A program made the position numbers and the translations under genes. Source: Hypanus sabinus (taxonomy: Eukaryota). Taken from it: 64,000 nucleotides of DNA. The stretch is taken from assembly GCF_030144855.1 (NCBI RefSeq), contig NW_026780939.1, positions 496,001-560,000 on the forward strand, written 5' to 3'. The notes under the pieces were generated by a model. That model saw only the letters and a program-made list of their open reading frames with translations. It made no database searches and was not told the origin of the DNA. Within the stretch, counting starts at the first letter, position 1. Each line of letters begins with the position of its first letter. Shown in pieces: positions 25,942 through 36,597 of the stretch.

Positions 25942-25955
25942 CTGCCACCTACTGG
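25942..25955 (-). promoter_or_regulatory. CTCF-type motif 39 bp 3' of the V6 RSS
   Basis: CCAGTAGGTGGCAG. Confidence 0.75.
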
Positions 25956-25994
25956 TACAAAATGGCCACTGAACCTCCCTTCTGCAGGCTGGAA

Positions 25995-26032
25995 GGTTTT
26001 TGCAGGCTAGACTCGTTATCTGTAGTTCTGTG
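25995..26032 (-). other. RSS of V6 (22-nt spacer)
   Basis: CACAGAA-22nt-GCAAAAACC. Confidence 0.8.
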
Positions 26033-26298
26033 CGCTATTACAAGCGCAGTAGTAGACGGCGGAGTGGGAGGCCGATGCCCGTCCCAGTTCCAGTTTAAAC
26101 AGAGTGCTGCTGTGTCCTGTCGCCGTGAAGGAATCGGATGTGTGGTTCGTAACAGAACCGTGTCCAACAGAATAGAAGAGAGCATCTATTATCCGGTCCG
26201 ATCGCTGTCTGTATTCAGCACAGTGCTTTCGATGCTGAACGGCTGTCCCACACCGATTGACAGGGAGGACGGCGATTGCTCCACATACGCGAGAATCC
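26033..26298 (-). pseudogene. TRBV: V6: V4/V12 family pseudogene; first Cys is Ser and ~25 nt including the conserved Trp are deleted
   Basis: ILAYVEQSPSSLSIGVGQPFSIESTVLNT / RQRSDRIIDALFYSVG...LELGRASASHSAVYYCACNS. Confidence 0.88.
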
Positions 26299-26830
26299 CT
26301 AGAAGATAGAAAAAAAGAAACGATTCGACTCCATTTTTTTTTTCGATTGAACATCAAGCGCTGTGCTGGACAGAAGGACACTTCTGGCGATCTCGAAGAC
26401 CCTGCTCACGTTTCCATTGACACGATTGGCCATCCTCGCGGCACGACCAGATTCCACTGGCGGTGAGAATCGACGGGCTGAATAGACACGCAACAGGCGA
26501 GACAGCTCCGACTCCGACTCACTCTGATTCAGACACAACGAGAGCCATTGAAACGGAGTGAAGAACTGCCGTTGAATACCCTGCAGGATATTCGCATATT
26601 CGCGTTTGGTCTGCGTTCAATTCGTCGCAGGGCCCCACACACCCTCAGAAAAATCGCTTGATATATCCTTCCAAGCTGAAGGAGACGCCGTTTAAATGCT
26701 CTATCCGGCAGCACATCACAGAAAAGCGCGTTAACGAGTTATCAGAGATCGGCCGAGGAAATCTAACCGATACTGCACTACAGAGGGCATTCCGTGCCCC
26801 CGTAACCCCAGACCTGTGATTTTAATTTAC

Positions 26831-26879
26831 GTGGGATCGCCACCAGAATCAGCGGGAGGCGAATTGATCCCCGCACCAT
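26831..26879 (-). CDS. Leader exon of V6 (MVRGSIRLPLILVAIP)
   Basis: 16 codons + 1 nt, then GTAAAT; paralogous to the V4 leader. Confidence 0.82.
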
Positions 26880-27249
26880 CGTTTACAGAATGAGTGTAGT
26901 TCCGCTGTGTGGAACGGAATGAAGCTCGGTATCTGATGTCAGTGACGTCTCTCTGCGCGGCCTGATAAAGGTCTTCCCGTTGGCTGAGAGACAACACGTC
27001 ACTTCCGTAGCCGTGTACCTCCTTTGAATGGCTTCCGCTGTTGTAAAGCTGACGGCAAGAGCCGAGGTGTAAACATGCAAAGCGGACGGGTTTAGATGAT
27101 TCGGAGCGCGGTGGCAAATATCACAAGGAAAACGTTTAAAATAACTTGGCATGTAGGTTCTCGGGACCCCAACACGCACCGCAATTGTTATCCAATTTAT
27201 TTATTTATTGTTTCTTGACCGTGGCATCGCTTCCATGCCGGGAAGTACC

Positions 27250-28130
27250 CGCCTTCTCCATCGCCTTACAGCATAGCGGAATCCAAATGCCATCATGTTA
27301 TCCACAGATTTGAGGTGGTCCAGGCTCCCTCGCTTCCGTAGGATTCATTCGCCATCTACTTTAATCCTGCTTCCCGTGGATATGTGCCTTCCAGCTTCGA
27401 ATATTCCAAAGGAATTTGCATTCCAGACCTGGAATACCTCATGATTTAGGTCTCAGGCCATCTTTTCGGAGGCGCTGTTCGTTCCACCTCAGGCTCATGC
27501 CAAACGGGCTCTGGACGAAATGTGCGATTTAATCAACAGATATGAAACAGCCCGTCCCGATGCCTTCCCCGGCATGTTGGGGGACATCGACCAGACCGGC
27601 CTGATAATGTCGCTAATAATTATTACCACCAGATCACCCGTAGTACCAGAGGAAATCACACTGTGGACCACTGTTAAACTGAGATCTAGGGATCTGTCCA
27701 TCACTCCTTGCTCTTTCCGTTCCCTTTTCGTGATACCAACCTACCTCTTACCGTCTCACCTGTCCATCATGTCCTTCCGGTTCCGCCCCTCCTGAACCTA
27801 TTCCCATGAGTCACCGCTTTCCAATGTCAGCTGACTTCTACTTCCTCTCTTTATCTAATTAAGCTGTCTCCTCCCAGCATCTCATACAGAAGCCCTCACA
27901 AGCCCATCCGCCCAGCTTTCCCCTTCGCCTGATCTTTTCTACCACCTTCAAGCCTGTACTTCAAAGAGTGTGATCTACCCATTGTGCACCGTTTGTCTCT
28001 GGGCTTTCCACTCCATGGAAGGTTTGTTAGTCATTCCCTTGTTGAAGGTGGTCCCACTGTCCCTCGACACTCCCCACAATTCACAACGTTTACATCTGAC
28101 CATTATAGACCGGGGTCCCTCTGTTCTGCA
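27250..28130 (-). mobile_element. Very decayed CR1 ORF1-like sequence
   Basis: MVRCKRCELW resembles the CR1 ORF1 CxxCxMW finger; weak esterase-like remnants. Confidence 0.4.
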
Positions 28131-28510
28131 AGTCCTCAACGTCCCAGTTTGTGCTGTGCTTCGGCGAGTGAATAAAGAGGATAAAGAGCGGTAGATTTGA
28201 TCCAGCGGACGGCACACGATGAGCGCTGTCCAGTCGCACTCAAAGGTTACGAGCCTCTGGCGCTGGAGATACGCGGGAGAAACCGCACATTAAAAAAGGA
28301 AGGATGGAGTGGAGAGATCAGTGCACGGATTATCGTCACCCATATGAATGCTTAATAAGGGGAGGACTGTAAATGCAATAGTTCCTCCCCTTCTCTCTCT
28401 GATTGGTCGTCAGTCCGCAACGCCTCACTGATAGACTCGCCTCCCAACCGCTGATTGACAGACTTCGCATTTCCTGTTCAGCAGACAGCAGCGACCCTGC
28501 TGACAGTGAG

Positions 28511-28549
28511 AGTTTTTGTACAGCTGCCCCATCACTCTGAGCCGCCGAG
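28511..28549 (-). other. Defective 23-RSS of V7
   Basis: CTCGGCG-23nt-ACAAAAACT; the invariant CAC is lost. Confidence 0.85.
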
Positions 28550-28848
28550 ATCACTCCAGGCGCAGGAATACACGGCCGACGAATCCGCCTCCAGTTTGTC
28601 GGACTTCAGGAAGAACTCGTTAGTCTGCGGTCTCTCCGCCGTAAAACCATCGACCAATCCCTCGAGCTGGACGGAATTAGCTGCCGTCGAGCGAAATATG
28701 TACTCCGGACCCTTTCCGGCGAATTGTCGGTACCAGTACAACCAGTTGTTAGCACTGATACGACCCTCTACTGTGCAACGCAGTGTTACATGCCGGCCGG
28801 CAGTTCCGGTGATAGCCGGTGTCTGGTGGATCGTCACCGAGGTCGCGT
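28550..28848 (-). CDS. TRBV: V7: intact TRBV30-like V exon (ORF class, RSS heptamer defective)
   Basis: ATSVTIHQTPAITGTAGRHVTLRCTVEGRISANNWLYWYRQFAGKGPEYIF...DSSAVYSCAWSD. Confidence 0.9.
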
Positions 28849-29146
28849 CTGGAAAAAAGAGTCAGATTTGGCTGAACGGGGAGAAGGGAAGCGGAGACAC
28901 GAATCAATGGGGATTGGGGATAAACACGGCGCATTGAAGGATGCAAAAAAGTTGACTGAAGAAGGGAACATTTCGACAGCAGGGCGGAATTTAATAGCGG
29001 CGGCGGAGGTTAGAAGGTCTGAACGCAGGGGCTCATAAATAAATAAGGTATGAGTCCGAGACTATGGGAGGGGAAATGAAGTGGAAGGAAAGTGAAGGGA
29101 AACAGAAGCAGAGAGAAAAAAAACACATTTGGGAACATTCACCCAC

Positions 29147-29183
29147 AGCGGAAGGCGAGGATGAATTGCAGGAAGAGAAACAT
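29147..29183 (-). CDS. Leader exon of V7 (MFLFLQFILAFR)
   Basis: 37 nt, then GTGGGT donor. Confidence 0.85.
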
Positions 29184-29630
29184 CTTCCTTGTCGGGTTGA
29201 CTCTCTCAGTGATGAACGTGGCGCGTGCAGCAGAGACGAATTCATTCACTTCCATCCAGTTTGATACATATGCCGGTGACGTAGGTGGACTTGAGGACGT
29301 AGGCATTGGGCACGCCCCTTCCATACTCCAACCTTATTCGAGGGCTGCTGCTTCCTGTCTACCAGTTTGGCCACACAGTACACTCTCGCTGTCGCTGTCC
29401 CTGTCCCTCATCCTCCGTTCTTTCCTTTCCACCTTTAGCTCACTGTGTATGATATTTTTTTATTGTTCCCAAGATTTTGTAATTTCGGAAATCGACACAA
29501 ACCGGCGAAAGGAGACGACCCCAGTGCACCACTCTTTCGTTGAGATCACTGATCTGTCGTAATGTGGGCATAATCTGTTATTTTTCATACCCTTCGAATC
29601 ATCCAGTATAAGTTATACCACTGTGCTTGG

Positions 29631-29644
29631 TCGCCCTCTAGTGG
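29631..29644 (-). promoter_or_regulatory. Intergenic CTCF-type motif (similar - strand matches at 20234, 24865, 37349, 37903, 40936, 54246, 59940)
   Basis: CCACTAGAGGGCGA; others CCACTTGGGGGCAG, CCACGTGAGGGCAG, CCACTAGAGGGCGG, CCAATAGGGGGCAG, CCAACAGAGGGCGC, ACAGCAGGGGGCGT. Confidence 0.65.
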
Positions 29645-30299
29645 TGGTAGCCTGTGTCTTCACAACTAGCTCAATTGCATGGAGGGAGAGAGAGTGATTT
29701 ATCTGGAAGACTTCTTTCTTCTCCAGTATCTAATCTCAAGGATGTGCGCCATTGCTCATCTTACTGCTCTCAGCAGGTTCCAGGCTCAAATCATTTTCGC
29801 AAACTTCTATTCTGCACTTTATGTTTTATAGATATTCGAAGCATTAATCAAATTGAACTCTTTCCTTTCAGGTGTCGAATGTGAAGATTGAGGCGGAGGG
29901 TGGGATAAGTGAGTTGAATCCCTCCGCAATCAAAGCCATGAAGCGGTAAGATACGATCTTACCTATGCCTTCGTCACCTGATTGGTCACGCCGACTATCC
30001 GGCATCCGCTCGCCGATTAACAGCTGTCATCGCCTGATGACGTATCGATCTCTGCCGGCACGGTGCAATCATTCTTGCTCAACTCCGTCGAGCCCTCTCC
30101 AAATTCAGTTCATCTATTCTTATTTACGGGTCAAAAACAGCTCAAGATGCCCCAAGTGAGGAGTCACCGGTGTTTTATAATTTCATATTTCGGCCTTGCC
30201 GTTATCTTGCAGTTCCCTCGAAATGACTGCCAGCATCTGATTTCCCTTCCTGGTCGCCGACTTAACCTGTAAATTCACCTGTAAGGAACGCTTCATGGA

Positions 30300-30600
30300 G
30301 ACGCCCAGGTACCTTTGGACCTTAGATTGTTGAATTTGCTCTCGGTTTAGAAAATCGGCAATACTTTGACTTCTTCTATTGAAGTGTATGACAATACATT
30401 TTCCGGGGCTGCCATTTACTTCCCTTTTCTACCAATATGTCTGAGTGCTTCCGCGGCCACCGTGCTTTCTGAAACTTACGTGTTCCTCCACGTAGCTCTG
30501 TTCGGTCTCCAAACCTTGCCACAAAGCCATCAATTCCGTCATCCAAATTATTGAGGTACAACGTATAAAGAGGTGGTCCCAACACAGTTATATGCAAGAA
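30300..30600 (-). mobile_element. CR1 RT fragment
   Basis: LGPPLYTLYLNNLDDGIDGFVARFGDRTEL. Confidence 0.7.
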
Positions 30601-31231
30601 ATCACGAAAAGCTTTCTATATCATCACTCTTTGCCTTCTGCCCGACTTGCTGAGTTGCTCGGGGGGAGTTTGAATGCAGAACCTCGAGTACTCGCCTCTC
30701 ACCCACCGCCTCCCTCTATCTCTGCTTGGTGACCTCTGTACCGTGAGGGTGGGGCTGAGGTTTAGTGTTGGGACAGGCGTTGAACATCTATCAATCCTGT
30801 GCTCTCGTATCCACTGGGAGAAACCGATTNNNNNNNNNNNNNNNNNNNNNNNNNNNNNNNNNNNNNNNNNNNNNNNNNNNNNNNNNNNNNNNNNNNNNNN
30901 NNNNNNNNNNNNNNNNNNNNNNNNNNNNNNNNNNNNNNNNNNNNNNNNNNNNNNNNNNNNNNNNNNNNNNNNNNNNNNNNNNNNNNNNNNNNNNNNNNNN
31001 NNNNNNNNNNNNGCGCTTTACGGAAACAGACTCGATTTGATGGAGTAGAGCATGATATTCTATTTCGGGTGTCACCATCGTGACAAAATAAACTTCATTT
31101 TCTCTACCTGATGGTAATTTCTCCCCTCCCTTTTTCGGTCTTTTCCATTCTCTACTCTGGACTCACTCTTACCTCTTCCCTCCACCTCTACTGCCCATTA
31201 TCTCCCGCTTCTCCGGCATAGAGGTGAGGAA

Positions 31232-31468
31232 CTACAGTCTTAACTCGTCCCAGATCAGTCGCTCTCTCTTGCAACCGAACCCCATCGCAGGATCGGGTCT
31301 TGTGGATGAGAGCGGGATCTGGGGACAGTCTCTTGGGCCTTGCTTATATCGATACCTGTCCCACGCTTGCACCTTGGAGATGCCGCTACTCCGAAAATCT
31401 TTGTTACATTTGATCGCCATTTCCTCACCGGATGATTCTGAGAAAGCTGGGATATGGCGGATCGAGAG
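31232..31468 (-). pseudogene. V8: highly decayed V relic, 3' end and RSS missing
   Basis: SIRHIPAFSESSGEEMAIKC...AWDRYRYKQGP...GFGCKR; the FR1 DNA (GAGAAAGCTGGGATATGGCGGATCG on +) closely matches V15. Confidence 0.55.
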
Positions 31469-33017
31469 CTAGGCTTTATTTGCAATCGGTATGGTGAGGG
31501 GTTTGGGCACAGACTGTAGTGAATGAAGAGGTAGGCCCGAAGGAATGGGGACGCTGCCAAAGACCGTGTATAGCCGGAACGACCGGGGTGTAAACAAATC
31601 GGTGAGAAATTGTCTGAACAGAGAAGGGGTCGGCAGAGGGAAGACAGGTTCAGAGGGAGCAGAGTCAAAGATGGAAAGAAGCCAAGGTTTAAAGGAGATA
31701 GAGGNNNNNNNNNNNNNNNNNNNNNNNNNNNNNNNNNNNNNNNNNNNNNNNNNNNNNNNNNNNNNNNNNNNNNNNNNNNNNNNNNNNNNNNNNNNNNNNN
31801 NNNNNNNNNNNNNNNNNNNNNNNNNNNNNNNNNNNNNNNNNNNNNNNNNNNNGAGAAGCGGAATCGTTAATATCACCAAGACGAAAAGATAAGACCAGTT
31901 GTAGCCACTGCCCCACCCCTCTGTCACCATTCCGTATTCCCATTCCCCTCTCTTACTTTATCTCCTTCCCGCCCATCATATCCCCCTGGTGCTGCACCCA
32001 CCTTTCCGTCTTCCGTGGCCTTCCATCCGCTCCTATTCGACTCCCCATTCCCCTTCCTGTATCTTTTCCACTAATCCACTGTCCAACCTTTTACGTCAAA
32101 CCACCCTTCATTCGGTCTCTCCTATCAAATTCTCCCCACACCTTCATACTATCACTGTTTATTTTTTTCTTCCTCTCCGGATGAAGATTCTCGACAAGAA
32201 ACTTCGAGTTTTCCATAGATGAATTCTTGCCTGCTGAGTTACTCTAGGAGTTAGTGCGTCGCTCGGATCTTTGCTAACTTCTGTTCTGCCCATTACGCAG
32301 CCCATCATTTGCTATTTCGATCCCTCGCTCTCAGTTATACTCGCTTTTCGCTGAGTCGCTTTAGAAGAAGCCCTCAGTTCACGTTCCGTGTGTGTTTCGT
32401 TCCTCTATTTCCCTATTTGCGCCTTTTAATCGAGAGGCTTCATTGCGGAACTGGCTCCGTGGAAGAGACCTGCATTCACCGACACCGCGCTGATCTGAAA
32501 TGACTCCGTGACTGGGTGACCGCTGTCGCGGTTTCGGGGATTTGACGTTTAATAGTCTGCGTGATATTTGCCGGCTCGCCGCTGTTCATATTTCTCTCGG
32601 GCGATGGGAGTTTGATGATTTTTCTTTTAACGGTCTTCTTGATGTTTCGTCCTGCCTGCGGCGGGATTCACGGCGTGTGCCCGAAACCTGTACAGCGTTT
32701 GTCCCCCGACACTCCGCACCATTCACATAAATAGCGGGAGATTTGAACGCTGTTCGGACACACACGGAAGTTACAATACTCCCCTTCAGATGATCTGTGC
32801 GAAGATTGCATTTAACAGGAAAGGATGAGTTGAGTAGATCGGAGCGCGAACTATCTTCAGCCAACAGAACGCTTCAGGGGATGAACCTGAAAATCTATTT
32901 GAACCGCCCCTTTTTTCAGTGATTGGCCGCTGCGATGCAGCGCCTCCTCCCAGAGAATGATTGGCTGGAGTCGTATTTCCTGTTTTGCGAACAACAACGA
33001 CCCTTCTGACGAAGAGA

Positions 33018-33056
33018 GGTTTTTGTACAGCTGCCCCGTCACTCTGAGCCGCCGTG
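33018..33056 (-). other. 23-RSS of V9
   Basis: CACGGCG-23nt-ACAAAAACC. Confidence 0.92.
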
Positions 33057-33355
33057 ATGACTCCACGCACAGAAATACACGGCCGACGAATTCGCCTCCA
33101 GACTGTCGGACTTCAGGAAGAACTTGTTGGTCTCTGGTCTCTCCGCCTTAAAACCGCCGACCAATCTGTTTGGGTTCACGGAATTAGCTATCGTCGAGTA
33201 AAACATGTTCTCCAGACCCTTTCCGGGGTATTGTCGATACCAGTACACAATGTCAGCAGCATCGGTAATACCGTCCACAGTGCAACGCAGGGATACGTTC
33301 CGGCCGGGAGATCCGGAGAAAGCCGGCGTCTGGTGGATCGTCACCGAGGTCGCGT
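33057..33355 (-). CDS. TRBV: V9: apparently functional TRBV30-like V exon
   Basis: ATSVTIHQTPAFSGSPGRNVSLRCTVDGITDAADIVYWYRQYPGKGLENMFYSTIA...ANSSAVYFCAWSH; leader, acceptor and RSS intact. Confidence 0.93.
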
Positions 33356-33640
33356 CTGGAAAAAAAAGAGACAGGGGTTGGAAAATGGGTGATTGAAGGC
33401 AGAAACTCGGGTCAATAAGGAAGGCGAGCACGAGGGTGTATTGAGAGAAGGAGAGAGAAGGTTTGAGTTTGGGAAAGCTCGAGAGGATGTCGGAATTTAG
33501 AGGGGGCGACTGAGGGAAGATTCTGAGCGGACGCGGGGGATGGTGACTGAATAAGGAAAGTAGAGGGAAATGTGAGAAAGGTAAAGCAAATGAAGGGAAT
33601 GTGCAAAGGAAGAAAAATATATTTTGGAAATTACACCCAC

Positions 33641-33677
33641 AGCGGAAGGCGAGGATGAACTGCAGAAAAAGAAACAT
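33641..33677 (-). CDS. Leader exon of V9 (MFLFLQFILAFR)
   Basis: 37 nt, then GTGGGT. Confidence 0.87.
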
Positions 33678-34020
33678 CTCCCTTGGAGGGTTTACTCTCT
33701 CAGTGATGACAGTGGCGCGAGCGGCAGAGAAAAATCCTATCACTTCAACGACGCTTATATCAGTGAGGTAGGCGGATTTCTTCACGTGTCAAATTGCCAC
33801 GCCCCGTCTATGAACCAATCCGATCTCAGGTGTCGCGGACGNNNNNNNNNNNNNNNNNNNNNNNNNNNNNNNNNNNNNNNNNNNNNNNNNNNNNNNNNNN
33901 NNNNNNNNNNNNNNNNNNNNNNNNNNNNNNNNNNNNNNNNNNNNNNNNNNNNNNNNNNNNNNNNNNNNNNNNNNNNNNNNNNNNNTCTGTTGAGCTGACC
34001 CGTCACTCTGAATCGCCATG

Positions 34021-34319
34021 ATCACTCCAAACCCAGGAATTCTTGGCCGTCAAATTCATTTCTAGTTTGTCGGACTTCGGAAAGAAGCCGGTGCCCTTCG
34101 GTGTCTCCGCGGTAAAACCGCCGACCTGTTTCCCCGACTCCACGGACGTCACTCCGCTCGAGTAAAGCATGCATTTCGCTCCTGTTCCCGGGGAGTGTAG
34201 TTGCCAGAACAACTAGATAGTAGCACTGGTACTACCGTCTACTCTACAAATCATGGTCAGCTGTTGGCCGGGAGTTCCGGAGAAAGCCGGAGCCGGGGGC
34301 ATCGTCACTGAGGTCGCGT
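34021..34319 (-). pseudogene. TRBV: V10: multiply inactivated V pseudogene
   Basis: TAG at 34213-34215; second Cys is Trp; heptamer CATGGCG (34014-34020); leader at 34626-34662 has ATG>ATA and no GT donor. Confidence 0.9.
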
Positions 34320-35930
34320 CTGGAAATAAGAGACAGGGGAGGGTGAACGTGGTGAATAAAAACAGAGACGCCGGTCATTGGGGAAGGAGACAAAGAGGGG
34401 CATTGAAGGAAGAAAATTGGAGGATTGAAGTCGGGAAAACTCGAGAAAGTGGTCGGAATTCAGCGGAGTTAGCAGGTGGACCATATTGTGAGGATGAGAG
34501 AGCTCGTATCTGAATACAGAATCATTGCTGGACGACTAGGGGGTAAAATATGTGTAGGGAATGTGAAGGGAGGACAGAAACAGAGAAAAAGAACAAAATA
34601 ACAATGCTTGTCAGCTTTCTCTCCCAGCGGAAGGCGAAAATGAAGTGTTGAAACAGAAATATCTTCCTTGGACGGTTTATTCTCACAGTGACGAAAGTGG
34701 CTTGAGCAGATGAGTGGAATCCATTCACTTCAAACCCTCCTGTTACGTATCTCAATGACGTAGTGAAGTTGTTGAATAAACAGATGGCCACGCCCCTTTT
34801 GAGAACCCTTCACCCTCTTTTCTCCGTACCTAACTCTATCTACCGCTCCATTTTCACCTGCGTCTCGCCCTATCTCTCTGTCTGTTCTGCCTTTTTAATG
34901 CCCCCACGTCTTTGTTGTTCCTGAATACTACAGAAACCACAATTCACCTCGTTTTCATGAACAGCAAAATCGCGAGAAGTTGGGGTGTATACCAACATTC
35001 ACTGTATACCACGTGAAATACCCCGTGGGCAGCTCCCTGTATGCTGACATCTGTAAATCTACCCGCATCCACAAAGACGCCTAAACCTCATTATAAGCCG
35101 ATAGCCCCAAACCCGCTCACGATCTCAGTTCCGCCTACACCCCAAACACAGCGCGCACCCCAACATCTCGCAGACACCCCGAAATCTACTCGCAACCCAA
35201 ACTTTAACATTGCCAATACTCACAAACCCAGAAGCAACCGCAAGTACCCCAAATGCTGTGAAAAGCCTCAGATTCACAGATTGGTGAACGTTTGCATCAA
35301 AATCCCTCTGAACCCCCAAAGTACGTAGGGTTCTATCCTTCGCGGTGTATGTCCTACCGTTGTTATTGTTATTCAATAACTCCCTGCTTCTTATCATAAC
35401 GGCTGTCTCCTCCCCTAATATTCGAAAGTTTGTCTGACCGACTCTTGGCATCATGCAGGGAGTATGTCCTATCCTTGCACATCGCGGTCTCCCTGTCACT
35501 CAGCACACCACACCAGTCACGGTGCGTATGTCCTGCACTTCTGCACTGAGGTCCAAGGTTAAAACCATTCCATGTTTCCACAGATGGATAAAGGAGATAA
35601 TAATCGGAGCATTGATCTTGGGGACTGAACATTAGTGTCGGGCTCAATATCATCGGCGCATTCAAAGTTTGCAATCCTCCTGGACTGATTAAAAACTGTA
35701 CAAAATGAGGAAAGACGGAGTGGGGAACAAAGGTGGAAAAGTGAGTGTGCGGATTGTCTGAATGCTTACGAAGGGGAGGAAATGAAAAGACTCGGAACCT
35801 TAGCTCCGCCCCTTATTTCACAGATTGGCTGATACGGCAGAACGCCTGAGGATAGACCCTCCTCCCGCCCTATGGTTTACGGACATGGCATTTCCTGTTT
35901 TGCTGATATCAACGTCTGTTCTGACGTTGG

Positions 35931-35969
35931 TGTTTTTGTTCAGCTGTCCCGTCACTCTGAGCCGCCGTG
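35931..35969 (-). other. 23-RSS of V11
   Basis: CACGGCG-23nt-ACAAAAACA. Confidence 0.92.
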
Positions 35970-36268
35970 ATCACCCCAGGCGCAGAAATACACGGCCGAC
36001 GAACTCGCCTCCAATTTGTCGGACTTCAGGATGAACTCGTTGTACTGCGGTCTCTTCGCGGTAAATCCGCTGACCAATCCCTCCGGCAGCACAGAATTAA
36101 CTATCGTCGAGTAAAACATGTTCTCCGGACCCTTTCCCGGGGATTGTCGGTACCAGTGCAACTCGTTACCAGTACTGCTAATACCCTCTACCGTGCAATT
36201 CAGGGTCACCTTCTGGCCGGGAGTTCCGGAAAAAGCCGGAGTCTGGTGAATCGTCACCGAGGTCCCGT
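35970..36268 (-). CDS. TRBV: V11: apparently functional TRBV30-like V exon
   Basis: GTSVTIHQTPAFSGTPGQKVTLNCTVEGISSTGNELHWYRQSPGKGPENMFYS...ASSSAVYFCAWGD. Confidence 0.93.
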
Positions 36269-36560
36269 CTGGAAAAAGAGACGTGGTTGGCAGAAAGGAG
36301 AGAATGTACTCGGTCGAACGGGCAATTCGTAAGTGGGAGAAAAACGGAGCATTGATCGATGCGGAGATGAGGATTGAAATGGAGAAATCTCCATGAGGCG
36401 GTCGAAACTTAGAGGCGGCGGCAGGTGGAAGATGTTCTTCTGAAGCAAGAGTTTGGAAGTAATTTAAAATGTCTTAGAAACGACTGAAGTGTACAGTAAA
36501 GTGAAGGGAATGTGAACGGATTGAAGCAGAATCAACGAATATTTGGGAACTTTCACTCAC

Positions 36561-36597
36561 AGGAAAAGGCGAGGGCGAAGATCAGGAGGAGAAACAT
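36561..36597 (-). CDS. Leader exon of V11 (MFLLLIFALAFS)
   Basis: 37 nt, then GTGAGT. Confidence 0.88.
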
